Shown here piece after piece: positions 18,824 to 29,352 of a DNA stretch of 64,000 nucleotides. The position numbers and the translations under genes are program-made. Below the pieces are notes generated by a model. That model searched no databases, was not told where the DNA came from, and saw only the letters and a program-made list of their open reading frames with translations. How positions within the stretch are numbered: the first letter of the stretch is position 1; every line of letters begins with the position of its first letter. The DNA lies in NCBI GenBank assembly GCA_965208105.1, contig OZ242318.1:4256001-4320000 (forward strand). The letters are read 5' to 3'. This stretch comes from Candidatus Latescibacterota bacterium. Lineage in GTDB: Bacteria > Latescibacterota > UBA2968 > UBA8231.

Positions 18824-21778
18824 ATGAATCGCCGATTGGTGCGGCGGGTAGTGCTCGCGCTCTGCGGGTTCCTGGTCAGCGGGGCGGAGAGCCGGGAGGA
18901 GCCCTCCCTGTACTCGCTGCCCCAACTGCTGCCCGCCCGGCCCTTCCTGCGCCACGACCGCCCCGCCTACCGCAACTATGCCCTGCAGATCTACACCCAC
19001 TCCCGCGGCCACAGCTTCAACACCATAAGAGGCACGGACGAAGCGGGAAGGATCGAATACTACTTCGACATACCCAAGACCTACTACGGCTCCATGGGCA
19101 ACTACCTGGTCCATGGCTACCGGTTCTACGACTGGACCGAGACGCGGCGGCCGGGGCAGGACTTCGGCAGCTCCGTCGGCAAGGACATCAACATGTTCCA
19201 GAACGTGGTGGACCACGTGATGGTGGCCCGCGACGGATACGGTGACTGGGGCTACAGCATGATCGTCGGGGATGGCCTGATTGCGCGGCTCACCCCGCTG
19301 ACCCTGTCGATGACCGATTTCAACGGGGCGCGCTTCGATTTCTCCACGCCGCGGCTGAAGTTCACCCTCATGGGCTCGCGCATCGCCAAGCCCACCGAGG
19401 CGCCCCCCGCCCGCCGCCTCGACGACACTGCCGTGATCGACGGGGCCTTCTTCACCTTTCTCGCCGATGCCAGCGTGCTGCTGCTGGGCAGCCGGCTGCA
19501 GGCCGATCTGGGCAGCCTTAGCCTGGGGTTGAACGGGGCCAACGCCCACCTCTTCCACAGCACTCGGGATGGAGGCGGCGGCCTCAAGGGGTCGGTGCAC
19601 CCCGAGCAGCCCTTTCTGGACTGGTTGGTGGTGCGCTTCAGCGACGATTCGCCTCGGGACGGCCGCGGGGGTCCCGTGGTGCAGGAGGTGAAGCTGATTC
19701 TCAACGGCGAAGAGCGCCCGGATCTGCGCCCCGGGGTGGTGCGCCACCGGAGCGCCCCCCGGTCGCAGGTGGGGTCCACCTCGGTGCGCACCGGCGAGTT
19801 CCGCGCCATCCAGTATACCGGGTTCAGGGCCGACCGCGGCGGCGGCTACGGCGCCGCCACGGCCCCCTTCTACCGCGGCCGGGTGGAGATCGCGCCCTAT
19901 GCCGACTACCTCTACCGCCTCGACCACGAGGCGGGGGAGGACGTGAGCGAGATCACCAACCTGGAAGGGCTGCTGTCCACCTTCCAGGCCGTCTCTCCAG
20001 AGCAGGTGCAGGAGGTGGCGGGGGAGGAGCAGGTGGTCTACCTGTTCGACCTTTCGCAGGAGCCCCTGGTGCGCCGGGTGGAGGTGGAGGCCCTGGTGGG
20101 CAACGACTACCACATCGAGGTGGCGACCTTGACGGAGGTGGACGACGGCCGGGCGACCAACCGCACCCGTCAGTTCACCAGCACGTTCTACCGCACGGTG
20201 CTGCGCGCCGAGGGCAACGTCCAGGACCTTTCGAATCTGCGCCGCCTGCGCTTCGGCGTCGGGGAGCAGACGGGCCTGTTCACCTACAGCGCGGATGTGC
20301 GCCTGCAGCTGGCGGGGGTGGACATCAGCGGGGAGTATGCGCGCTCGGCGCTCTACTCGCGCTATCCCGCGCGCCAGGGGGAGGAGACTCTCTACGGGTC
20401 GGCGCCGTCCTTTTCGGAGCGGGGATCGGCCTACTACGTCAACGGCACGCGCTGGCTGGGCCGGGTACGGGTCGGGGGGGAGTATTTCTCCATCAATCCG
20501 GACCATCGCACGACCCTGCGCACCTACGAGCCGATCACCTTCCTGTGCTGTTACGCCGGGCGCATGGCCGGCCTGGTCAACAGCACCATGTACTGGGACC
20601 TGGTTCAGGACAACGATGACGGCGACCGCTACCCCGACCGCAACAGCGGCGCCATCCTCGGACAGCCGTATGGGGGAGACGTGCGCGGGCGGGACCCCGA
20701 TGGAATTTCAGTGGGCCTGGACGCCGACGGGGACGGGGTGCCCGACACCAACCGCAACCGCAACGGGATACCCGACTACGAAGAGCCCTTCCTGATGTAT
20801 GACGTGGAGCCCAACGACTACACTTACGGCCTCGACCGCAACAACAACGACGAGCTCGACGCCCGCGAGGACGACGAGGACTGGGACTATCCCTACGACC
20901 ACGACCAGCGCGGCCTTCACCTGTTCGGCCAGGTGGATCTGAGCCGCCACTGGTCTTTGGGGGCGGGGCGCTACCAGGTGGGGGAGGTGGCCGGTCCGGG
21001 CCGCAACCACTCCAGCTACGCCCTGTTGACCTACCGGCGCGAGGGGGTGGACCGCCTGCGCCGCCTGTTCTTCGAGAACCACCTGCGCCGGGTGCGTGAC
21101 GACATCGCCGACGAGCACAACGCGCTGATCGAGACGGCCACCCGGTTTACCAAGGAGACCCGCGCCGACCGGCTTCTCTACCAGGACAGCTACGTCAACG
21201 AGACCTACCTGGAGGGGAGGGTCAGCCCCTGGTCGACCTTGAACCTGGGTCAGCAGCTGCGCCTGCGCGTCAACTGGCAGCAGGGGGGCGAGGTGCGCCA
21301 GGGTCTTTTTCAGCGCCAGCGGAGGCTGGACCACTGGACCTGGGTGAGCCGGGCGGACTACACTTGGCGCCGGGGCAAGCTGAGCGTGACGCCGAAGTTC
21401 AAGTTCATGCTCATGCGGCTGCGCGACGCCGACGAGGACCGGCTGCTGCGCTCGGAATATTACGCCATACCCATTCTGCAGGCGAGCTACCCGGTGATGA
21501 CGCGCAACCTGCTGCAGGCGGGCGTGCAGGGTTGGGGTCCGTGGCCCTACCGCTTCGAGAACGAGGCGCGGGGGGCGCACAGTTTCGAACGGCGCACGGC
21601 GTTCGTCAACCTGATCAACCGCTCGCGCTATTTCGGCTACGACCTGTATACCATCGTGGGCACGGAGTGGGACGAGCGCGCCTACGACGTGGAGTTCCAG
21701 GGATTCCGTAACTTCGACACCTGGCGTTTTTTCGTGCGCTCCCTGGTGGGCTTTACCGAGTTCGGCTCGCTGTTGTAA
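18824..21778 (+). CDS. Large exported orphan protein with Asp-rich Ca-binding-like repeats, probably outer-membrane; tandem copy 1
   Basis: AAGGAG-7nt-ATG; signal peptide; DNDDGDRYPD, DADGDGVPD, DRNNNDELD; Tyr/Trp/Arg-rich beta-strands at the C-terminus. Confidence 0.85.
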   Translation: MNRRLVRRVVLALCGFLVSGAESREEPSLYSLPQLLPARPFLRHDRPAYRNYALQIYTHSRGHSFNTIRGTDEAGRIEYYFDIPKTYYGSMGNYLVHGYRFYDWTETRRPGQDFGSSVGKDINMFQNVVDHVMVARDGYGDWGYSMIVGDGLIARLTPLTLSMTDFNGARFDFSTPRLKFTLMGSRIAKPTEAPPARRLDDTAVIDGAFFTFLADASVLLLGSRLQADLGSLSLGLNGANAHLFHSTRDGGGGLKGSVHPEQPFLDWLVVRFSDDSPRDGRGGPVVQEVKLILNGEERPDLRPGVVRHRSAPRSQVGSTSVRTGEFRAIQYTGFRADRGGGYGAATAPFYRGRVEIAPYADYLYRLDHEAGEDVSEITNLEGLLSTFQAVSPEQVQEVAGEEQVVYLFDLSQEPLVRRVEVEALVGNDYHIEVATLTEVDDGRATNRTRQFTSTFYRTVLRAEGNVQDLSNLRRLRFGVGEQTGLFTYSADVRLQLAGVDISGEYARSALYSRYPARQGEETLYGSAPSFSERGSAYYVNGTRWLGRVRVGGEYFSINPDHRTTLRTYEPITFLCCYAGRMAGLVNSTMYWDLVQDNDDGDRYPDRNSGAILGQPYGGDVRGRDPDGISVGLDADGDGVPDTNRNRNGIPDYEEPFLMYDVEPNDYTYGLDRNNNDELDAREDDEDWDYPYDHDQRGLHLFGQVDLSRHWSLGAGRYQVGEVAGPGRNHSSYALLTYRREGVDRLRRLFFENHLRRVRDDIADEHNALIETATRFTKETRADRLLYQDSYVNETYLEGRVSPWSTLNLGQQLRLRVNWQQGGEVRQGLFQRQRRLDHWTWVSRADYTWRRGKLSVTPKFKFMLMRLRDADEDRLLRSEYYAIPILQASYPVMTRNLLQAGVQGWGPWPYRFENEARGAHSFERRTAFVNLINRSRYFGYDLYTIVGTEWDERAYDVEFQGFRNFDTWRFFVRSLVGFTEFGSLL

Positions 21779-24700
21779 CCGGTCTTCGGGCCGGGGCGCA
21801 GCGGCCGGCATTACCCCAATTGCCCGACATGACCGTGGGCTGAGCTAATTCTTTTTTTTCTATATGGTTGTCATGTCCGCCATAAAGCAAGGCCGGATGA
21901 AATGAGATCCCGATTGGCCCGGCGGGTAGTGCTCGCGCTCTGCGGGTTCCTGGTCAGCGGGGCGGAGAGCCGGGAGGAGCCCTCCCTGCACTCGCTGCCC
22001 CAACTGCTGCCCGCCCGGCCCTTCCTGCGCCACGACCGGCCCGCCTACCGCAACTATGCCCTGCAGATCTTCACCCACTCCCGCGGCCACAGCTTCAACA
22101 CCATAAGAGGCACGGAAGCGGGAAGGGTCGAATACTACTTCGATATTCCCAAGACCTACTACGGCTCCATGGGCAACTACCTGGTCCATGGCTACCGGTT
22201 CTACGACTGGACCGAGACGCGGCGGCCGGGGCAGGACTTCGGCAGCTCCGTCGGCAAGGACATCAACATGTTCCAGAACGTGGTGGACCACGTGATGGTG
22301 GCTCGCGACGGATATGGTGACTGGGGCTACAGCATGATCGTCGGGGATGGCCTGATTGCGCGGCTCACCCCGCTGACCCTGTCGATGACCGATTTCAACG
22401 GGGCGCGCTTCGATTTCTCCACGCCGCGGCTGAAGTTCACCTTCATGGGCTCGCGCATCGCCAAGCCCACTGAGTCCCCCAGCCGCCTCGACGACACCGC
22501 CGTGATCGACGGGGCCCACTATACCTTTCTCGCCGATGCCAGCGTGCTGCTGCTGGGCAGCCGGCTGCAGGCCGATCTGGGCAGTTTGAGCCTGGGGTTG
22601 AACGGGGCCAACGCCCACCTCTTCCACAGCACGCGGGATGGAGGCGGCAGCCTCAAGGGGTCGGTGCACCCCGGGCAGCCCTTCATCGACTGGGTGGTGG
22701 TGCGCTTCAGCGACGATTCGCCTCGGGACGGCCGCGGGGGTCCCGTGGTGCAGGAAGTGAAGCTGATTCTCAACGGAGAGGAGCGCCCGGATCTGCGCCC
22801 CGGGGTGGTGCGCCACCGGAGCGGCCCCCGGTCGCAGGTGGGGTCCACCTCGGTGCGCACCGGCGAGTTCCGCGCCATCCAGTATACCGGGTTCAGGGCC
22901 GACCGCGGCGGCGGCTTTGCCGCCGCCACGGCCCCCTTCTACCGCGGCCGGGTGGAGATCGCGCCCTATGCCGACTACCTCTACCGCCTCGACCACGAGG
23001 CGGGGGAGGACGTGAGCGAGATCACCAACCTGGAGGGGCTGCTGTCCACCTTCCAGGCCGGTTCTGCGGAGCAGGTGCAGGAGGTGGCGGGGGAGGAGCA
23101 GGTGGTCTACCTGTTCGACCTGTCACAGGAGCCCCTGGTGCGCCGGGTGGAGGTGGAGGCCCTGGTGGGCAACGACTACCACATCGAGGTGGCGACCTTG
23201 ACGGAGGTGGACGACGGCCGGGCGACCAACCGCACCCGTCAGTTCACCAGCACGTTCTACCGCACGGTGCTGCGCGCCGAGGGCAACGTCCAGGACCTTT
23301 CGAATCTGCGCCGCCTGCGCTTCGGCGTCGGGGAGCAGACGGGCCTGTTCACCTACAGCGCGGATGTGCGCCTGCAGCTGGCGGGGGTGGACATCAGCGG
23401 GGAGTATGCGCGCTCGGCGCTCTACTCGCGCTATCCCGCGCGCCAGGGGGAGGAGACTCTCTACGGGTCGGCGCCGTCCTTTTCGGAGCGGGGATCGGCC
23501 TACTATATCAACGGCACGCGCTGGCTGGGCCGGGTGCGGGTCGGGGGGGAGTATTTCTCCATCAATCCGGACCATCGCACGACCCTGCGCACTTACGAGC
23601 CGATCACCTTCCTGTGCTGCTACGCCGGGCGCATGGCCGGAATGGTCAACAGCACCATGTACTGGGACCTGGTCCAGGACAACGATGACGGCGACCGCTA
23701 CCCCGACCGCAACAGCGGCGCCATCCTCGGACAGCCCTTTTCGCGTGAGGTGCGCGGGCGGGACCCCGATGGAATTTCGGTGGGCCTGGACGCCGACGGA
23801 GACGGGGTGCCCGACACCAACCGCAACCGCAACGGGATACCCGACTACGAAGAGCCCTTCCTGATGTATGACGTGGAGCCCAACGACTACACCTACGGCC
23901 TCGACCGCAACAACAACGACGAGCTCGACGCCCGCGAGGACGACGAGGACTGGGACTATCCCTACGACCACGACCAGCGCGGCCTCCACCTGTTCGGCCA
24001 GGTGGATCTGAGCCGCCACTGGTCTTTGGGGGCGGGGCGCTACCAGGTGGGGGAGGTGGCCGGTCCGGGCCGCAACCACTCCAGCTACGCCCTGTTGACC
24101 TACCGGCGCGAGGGGATGGACCGCCTGCGCCGCCTGTTCTTCGAGAACCACCTGCGCCGGGTGCGTGACGACATCGCCGACGAGCACAACGCGCTGATCG
24201 AGACGGCCACCCGGTTTACCAAGGAGACCCGCGCCGACCGGCTTCTCTACCAGGACAGCTACGTCAACGAGACCTACTTGGAGGGAAGGGTCAACCCCTG
24301 GTCGACGCTGCACCTGGGTCAGCAGTTGCGCCTGCGCGTCAACTGGCAGCAGGGGGGCGAGGTGCGCCAGGGTTTTTTTCAGCGCCAGCGGAGGCTGGAC
24401 CACTGGACCTGGGTGAGCCGGGCGGACTACACCTGGAGCCGGGGACAGTTGAGGGTTTCGCCGAAGTTCAAGTTCATGCTCATGCGGCTGCGCGACGCCG
24501 ACGAGGACCGGCTGCTGCGCTCGGAGTATTACGTGGTTCCCATTCTGCATGCGAGCTACCCGGTGATGACGCGCAACCTGCTGCAGGCGGGCGTGCAGGG
24601 TTGGGGTCCGTGGCCCTACCGCTTCGAGAACGAGGCGCGGGGGGCGCACAGTTTCGAACGGCGCACGGCGTTCGTCAACCTGGTCAACCGCTCGCGCTAT

Positions 24701-24876
24701 TTCGGCTACGACCTGTATACCATCGTGGGCACGGAGTGGGACGAGCGCGCCTACGACGTGGAGTTCCAGGGATTCCGCAACTTCGACACCTGGCGTTTTT
24801 TCGTGCGCTCCCTGGTGGGCTTTACCGAGTTCGGCTCGCTGCTGTAACCGGTCTTCGGACCGAGGCGCAGCGGCCG
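18833..24876 (+). repeat. Tandem ~3-kb duplication (approx. 18833-21808 and 21911-24876)
   Basis: Near-identical DNA including the 3' flank TAACCGGTCTTCGG..GCGCAGCGGCCG. Confidence 0.93.
21902..24847 (+). CDS. Large exported orphan protein, tandem copy 2 (~96% identical to copy 1 by manual comparison)
   Basis: About 40 residue differences over ~980 aa relative to 18824-21778. Confidence 0.88.
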   Translation: MRSRLARRVVLALCGFLVSGAESREEPSLHSLPQLLPARPFLRHDRPAYRNYALQIFTHSRGHSFNTIRGTEAGRVEYYFDIPKTYYGSMGNYLVHGYRFYDWTETRRPGQDFGSSVGKDINMFQNVVDHVMVARDGYGDWGYSMIVGDGLIARLTPLTLSMTDFNGARFDFSTPRLKFTFMGSRIAKPTESPSRLDDTAVIDGAHYTFLADASVLLLGSRLQADLGSLSLGLNGANAHLFHSTRDGGGSLKGSVHPGQPFIDWVVVRFSDDSPRDGRGGPVVQEVKLILNGEERPDLRPGVVRHRSGPRSQVGSTSVRTGEFRAIQYTGFRADRGGGFAAATAPFYRGRVEIAPYADYLYRLDHEAGEDVSEITNLEGLLSTFQAGSAEQVQEVAGEEQVVYLFDLSQEPLVRRVEVEALVGNDYHIEVATLTEVDDGRATNRTRQFTSTFYRTVLRAEGNVQDLSNLRRLRFGVGEQTGLFTYSADVRLQLAGVDISGEYARSALYSRYPARQGEETLYGSAPSFSERGSAYYINGTRWLGRVRVGGEYFSINPDHRTTLRTYEPITFLCCYAGRMAGMVNSTMYWDLVQDNDDGDRYPDRNSGAILGQPFSREVRGRDPDGISVGLDADGDGVPDTNRNRNGIPDYEEPFLMYDVEPNDYTYGLDRNNNDELDAREDDEDWDYPYDHDQRGLHLFGQVDLSRHWSLGAGRYQVGEVAGPGRNHSSYALLTYRREGMDRLRRLFFENHLRRVRDDIADEHNALIETATRFTKETRADRLLYQDSYVNETYLEGRVNPWSTLHLGQQLRLRVNWQQGGEVRQGFFQRQRRLDHWTWVSRADYTWSRGQLRVSPKFKFMLMRLRDADEDRLLRSEYYVVPILHASYPVMTRNLLQAGVQGWGPWPYRFENEARGAHSFERRTAFVNLVNRSRYFGYDLYTIVGTEWDERAYDVEFQGFRNFDTWRFFVRSLVGFTEFGSLL

Positions 24877-24961
24877 CGTCGATAGCGGGCCGCGCCAGGG
24901 CAGGGCAAGCCCTTATCTTGAGAACCCCGGCGCTGGAACGGATTTTGCCTTTCCCGGTGGC

Positions 24962-27367
24962 GTGTCCGCCACCGAGAAATCCAGGCGCAGCCGCCCGGCG
25001 CTGTGGACGGTCCTGAGTTACAGCGCGGGTCTGGTATTGGCGGATTCTGCCCGGGTGTCCGTCCCCCTCCTCTCCGGCATCGCCCTGGCCCTCTTCGCAG
25101 CCGCCCTCGTCCTGCTGATGGCAGGAGGAAGGCGGTCCGCCGGGCTTACCCTGGTCCTCCTGATTCTCGTTGCCGGTCTCGGCGCCCTGCGCTACGAGAT
25201 CAACACGGAGCTGTTACCTCCGAACCACATCTCTGCTTCGGGGCTCGACGGCCGCAAGGGGACCTTCAAAGGCCGCGTCGTCACCGAGCCCGAGCGCCGT
25301 GCCCGGCGCATCTCCTTTGTGGTGGACCTGGAGGCAGCGGAGACGGACAGCGCAATCTACCGCGTCTCGGGCCGGGTCCTGGTGAGCGCCCGCAACCTGG
25401 AGTTGGGGGCAGACTACGGCGACCGGGTAACCCTCATGGGGCGCCTGCGCCTGCCCTCCGGGGCCCGCAATCCGGGTTCCTTCGACTACCGCCGCTTCCT
25501 CTTCCTGCAGAACATTCACGCTACCCTGTCCCTGAGCCGGAGTGCCCAGATCGCCGCGGTGGATGAGGCAGGAGGGGCCTGGCTCTGGGAAGCGGTGGTG
25601 TTGCCCATCCGCCGCTCGGTGCGGCAGAGCATCCGCGGCAACCTGGACGGCGCCCCGGCCGATCTCCTTCAGGGCATGCTCCTGGGCGACAAGCACCGCA
25701 TCTCCCCGGAGGTCAGGGACAGCTTTCGGCGCACGGGACTTGCCCATGCCCTGGTGATCAGCGGTCTGCACGTGGGGCTGGTGGCGGTGTTTTTCTTCAC
25801 GGCGTTCAAGCTCTGCCGGCTTCCCGACGGCCTCACCTGCGCCGCGACGGTCCTGGTCCTTGGGCTGTACGCTCTCGTGACCGAGATGGAACCCCCCGTC
25901 GTGCGGGCGTCGATCATGGCCTCGGTGATCCTCGTGGGGCGCATGGCCGGCCGTCCGGGCGATATCTACAATTCCCTGGGATTGGCCGCGCTCGTCATCC
26001 TGGCGGCCTGGCCGACCAGCCTGTTCAGCCTGGGCTTCCAGCTCTCCTTCGGCGCTACCCTGGCCATCGTGGGACTGCACGACCCCATCGCCAAACTGTT
26101 TCCCTCGTCCTGGCGCCGGAATGAGCGGGTGAGCAGTTGGGTGATGGGTCCCCTGTGCATTTCCCTGGCGGCGCAAATCGGCACCGGCCCCCTGATCGCC
26201 TACCACTTCCAGCAGTTTGCCTTGATCTCCCTGGCGGCGAACGTGTTGGTTGCGCCTCTCCTGGGTCTTGTCGTCAGCCTCGGCCTGCTCAGCGCCCTCA
26301 GCGGGTGGTGGGCGCCCCTGGCTGCCACCGCCTTCAATGCCAGCAACTACGTGGTGTTGAAAAGCCTCATCGGGATGGTGGACGGACTATCCTCCCTTCC
26401 CTTCGCCTCCGTGACCACCGGCAGACCGGGAATCTTTTTTCTGCCGGGGGCATTCATCCTGGCCATGTTGCTGGGGCGCATGCCCGGCAGCCTCCGGGCG
26501 CGCAAATGGGGAGTTTTCGTCATCCTCGCCTGGGCCAATGCGGCGCTGTGGAGTCACCTCCTGCGCCCCGACCGCCTGGAGGTGGCATTCCTCGACGTGG
26601 GACAGGGAGACGGTGCCTTCATCCGCTTTCCCGAAGGTCGAACCATGGTTGTGGACGGCGGCAGCCGGAGCGCGCGATTCGACTACGGGGCCCAGGTGCT
26701 GTTGCCCTACCTGAACCACCGGGGGGTGGAGCGGATCGACGTGGTGGTGGCCTCTCACCCCCACAACGACCACATCGGTGGATTGGTGACATTGCTCGAG
26801 GAGGTGGAGGTGGGCCACTACCTGGACAGCGGCCAGCACTACGATTCGTGGACGGCGAGGAAATTGAGGAGCATCATCAGGGAGAAGGGGATCGGATACC
26901 ACCGGGTCGCTGCCGGAGACACCCTGGTGGGTCTGGGGGGCGTCGGCGCCCTCGTCCTCCACCCGACGGAGAGATTCGTAACCCCGGGAGGCGAATCTCC
27001 CCACGATCTGAACAACGGGTCGGTGGTTCTCGCCTTGAGCTATGGCAGGGTGGGAGTGCTGTTCACCGGCGACGTGGAAAAGGAAACGGATAGGTTTCTG
27101 CTGCCCTGGGGCGAAAGGCTGCAGGCCGCGGTCCTCAAGGTTCCCCACCACGGCTCGTCCACTTCGTCGCGCCCTCCCTTCGTCCAGGCCGTGAAGCCGG
27201 AGATTGCGGTGGTGTCGGTGGGAGCCTTCAACCGCTTCCGGCACCCGGCCCCGGAGGTCGTACGCCGGCTGGAGGCGGGAGGAGCCCGCACCTTTCGCAC
27301 CGACCAACGCGGGGCGGTGATTGTCGAGACCGACGGTGAGACCGTAAAGGTTGCGACGATGCAGTAG
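24962..27367 (+). CDS. comEC: DNA internalization competence protein ComEC/Rec2
   Basis: NPGSFDYR, TGLAHALVISGLHVG, GFQLSF, FLDVGQGD, SHPHNDHIGG, LKVPHHGS, RTDQRGAV. Confidence 0.95.
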   Translation: MSATEKSRRSRPALWTVLSYSAGLVLADSARVSVPLLSGIALALFAAALVLLMAGGRRSAGLTLVLLILVAGLGALRYEINTELLPPNHISASGLDGRKGTFKGRVVTEPERRARRISFVVDLEAAETDSAIYRVSGRVLVSARNLELGADYGDRVTLMGRLRLPSGARNPGSFDYRRFLFLQNIHATLSLSRSAQIAAVDEAGGAWLWEAVVLPIRRSVRQSIRGNLDGAPADLLQGMLLGDKHRISPEVRDSFRRTGLAHALVISGLHVGLVAVFFFTAFKLCRLPDGLTCAATVLVLGLYALVTEMEPPVVRASIMASVILVGRMAGRPGDIYNSLGLAALVILAAWPTSLFSLGFQLSFGATLAIVGLHDPIAKLFPSSWRRNERVSSWVMGPLCISLAAQIGTGPLIAYHFQQFALISLAANVLVAPLLGLVVSLGLLSALSGWWAPLAATAFNASNYVVLKSLIGMVDGLSSLPFASVTTGRPGIFFLPGAFILAMLLGRMPGSLRARKWGVFVILAWANAALWSHLLRPDRLEVAFLDVGQGDGAFIRFPEGRTMVVDGGSRSARFDYGAQVLLPYLNHRGVERIDVVVASHPHNDHIGGLVTLLEEVEVGHYLDSGQHYDSWTARKLRSIIREKGIGYHRVAAGDTLVGLGGVGALVLHPTERFVTPGGESPHDLNNGSVVLALSYGRVGVLFTGDVEKETDRFLLPWGERLQAAVLKVPHHGSSTSSRPPFVQAVKPEIAVVSVGAFNRFRHPAPEVVRRLEAGGARTFRTDQRGAVIVETDGETVKVATMQ

Positions 27368-27519
27368 GCCAGGGCGCTCCCGGAGGAGGGAAAGGCTGGA
27401 AGGCGGCCGGGGATATTCCCGCCTGACCTGCCGGCGGTTCCGGTGGACATGGAATCAGGATATCTTTATCCTAATTCCAAACGGGAACTCCATCCTGAAA
27501 TTCCAACAGAGGGACGCCC

Positions 27520-28512
27520 ATGGGCAACAGGATTTTGCTGACTCAATCCAACTTTCAGAACCCGGAATTCGATTCCCCGTTCCGCCGCGAGGGACTGGCG
27601 GAATTGGGGAAGCTGGCCGATCTCGAATATTACTCCGGTGAGCTCGGCGCAGCGGACACCGACGGAGTGGTGGGGGTTATCGCCAACTCCGTGCTCATTC
27701 ATCCAGGCTTCTACCGGGAGGGAAAGGATCTCCGCATCGTCTCCCGCTGGGGGGTGGGATACGAGAACGTCAATCTTGCGGCGGCGACCGAGAATGGGGT
27801 CATGGTCACCATCGCCCCCGAGCACATGGTGACGGTGGCCGAGTACGCCATCGCCCAGTGGATGGCCGCCCTCAAACGGGTCTACACCTTGAACCGGATG
27901 GCCCACGGCGGGGAGGTTTCCCTGATCCGCACCTACGAGGCCGATGGCTCGGTGCTCGGCCTCTATGGCATGGGCCGCATCGGACAGGCCATGGCCGAGC
28001 GCGCCCGTCCGCTGCTGGGCAAGGAGGGACGCTTGCTGGTCTACGATATCCGGCCTGACATCGGGGAGTTGGCGGCCAGGTTCGGGGCCGAGGCCGTGGA
28101 CCGCCCGGAGGTTCTCTTCAGGGAATGCGATGCCGTATCTTTGCACGTTGCCGGCGACGACACCATCGTCACCTATGACCTGCTCTGCGCAATGCAGCCG
28201 CACGCCTCCCTGATCAATCCATCGCGCGGCAACCTGGTCGACGACCAGGCGATCAACCGGGCCATACAGGAAGAAAGGCTCTTTTACTACATCGTCGACG
28301 ATCCGGTGGCCGGGCCGCGGGAGGTCCACAAGGATCATCCCCGCATTATCTGCACCAACCACAACGCCGGCATCACCACCCAATCCATGCAGCGCCTCGA
28401 CCACCGGACATTCGAACAGGTCAAGGCGGCAATCGCCGGGAAGGAGCCGCCGCACCTGCTCAACCGCGAGGTGCTGGAACATCCCAGGGTGAGGTCTGCC
28501 ATGAGCGGGTGA
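27520..28512 (+). CDS. D-isomer-specific 2-hydroxyacid dehydrogenase
   Basis: IVSRWGVGYENVNL, VAEYAI, GLYGMGRIG, LINPSRGNLVD. Confidence 0.85.
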   Translation: MGNRILLTQSNFQNPEFDSPFRREGLAELGKLADLEYYSGELGAADTDGVVGVIANSVLIHPGFYREGKDLRIVSRWGVGYENVNLAAATENGVMVTIAPEHMVTVAEYAIAQWMAALKRVYTLNRMAHGGEVSLIRTYEADGSVLGLYGMGRIGQAMAERARPLLGKEGRLLVYDIRPDIGELAARFGAEAVDRPEVLFRECDAVSLHVAGDDTIVTYDLLCAMQPHASLINPSRGNLVDDQAINRAIQEERLFYYIVDDPVAGPREVHKDHPRIICTNHNAGITTQSMQRLDHRTFEQVKAAIAGKEPPHLLNREVLEHPRVRSAMSG

Positions 28513-28581
28513 GTTTGCGGCAGGGGGGAACGGGTCGAAGGGAAGACCGCTGAAGGCCCTTCGAGAGGAGGTGGAAGGAGG

Positions 28582-29157
28582 CTAGGAAACTCCGGTTTCG
28601 AGATCGATCCAGTACCTGAGTTTTTTCACCTGGCGTTGGGGCCGCCGGCCTTCCGCCCTGAATGCCTTCGAGTCCATTTTCATCGCGCTCTCGAATCTTC
28701 CTCCGTTGCCCTCGATTATCTTCCTGGAGGCGGTGTTGTCCGAGTCACAAGTCACCATGACCTTGCCCAGATCCATTGCCCGCGATTCCGCCAGGGCCAG
28801 GTTGAGAATCTTTTTGCCGTAACCGCATCTGCGCCTGGAAGGCCGGATGCTGTAGCCGACGTGACCACCGTAGGTGATGAGGTAGTCCGTGCACAACATG
28901 GGACGGATGGAGGTCTGACCGACGTACTCCTCCCCTGCTATGAGCCAGAGCACCCTGTCTACGTACCAGCCTCTGGATCCATCACCCAGGGCGATGAGGT
29001 CGCGCACGAACCTTCCGAAGTTTCGCTTCAGGCTCCGCAGGTCGTACCCCAGGTGCGCCGCATAGGTGGAGTCGAGCCGATTCTGGGCGGCGAACTCGGC
29101 AGCGCCGAGGAGGAAACTCTTCTCGTAGCGCTCGGATGGCAAGGTGAGTGAGCACAT
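28582..29157 (-). CDS. GNAT family N-acetyltransferase
   Basis: GGHVGYSIRPSRRRCGYGK..VTCDSDNTASRKIIEGNGG; start uncertain (29157-29202). Confidence 0.85.
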   Translation of the reverse strand: MCSLTLPSERYEKSFLLGAAEFAAQNRLDSTYAAHLGYDLRSLKRNFGRFVRDLIALGDGSRGWYVDRVLWLIAGEEYVGQTSIRPMLCTDYLITYGGHVGYSIRPSRRRCGYGKKILNLALAESRAMDLGKVMVTCDSDNTASRKIIEGNGGRFESAMKMDSKAFRAEGRRPQRQVKKLRYWIDLETGVS

Positions 29158-29352
29158 GGCCTGCATCGAAAAAGGCCGCCCCGGCAAGGGGACGGCTGAC
29201 ACGGGGCGGTCAAGATACCCACGGGCGGAGTAGGTGTCAAGCGGGAGTAGAGCTGACGTTGCCGGAGTACTTGCACGGCACCTGGGGACCGGGTCCTGGA
29301 CGGCGAACCCTCCAGGGTGAACCGGCCGATCAAAGAGAGAGATGGAGACAGG

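Noticed and set aside
18824-24847. Near-identical genes as DGR template/variable repeat
   Set aside because: No reverse transcriptase in the window; differences are not adenine-specific and span the whole gene.
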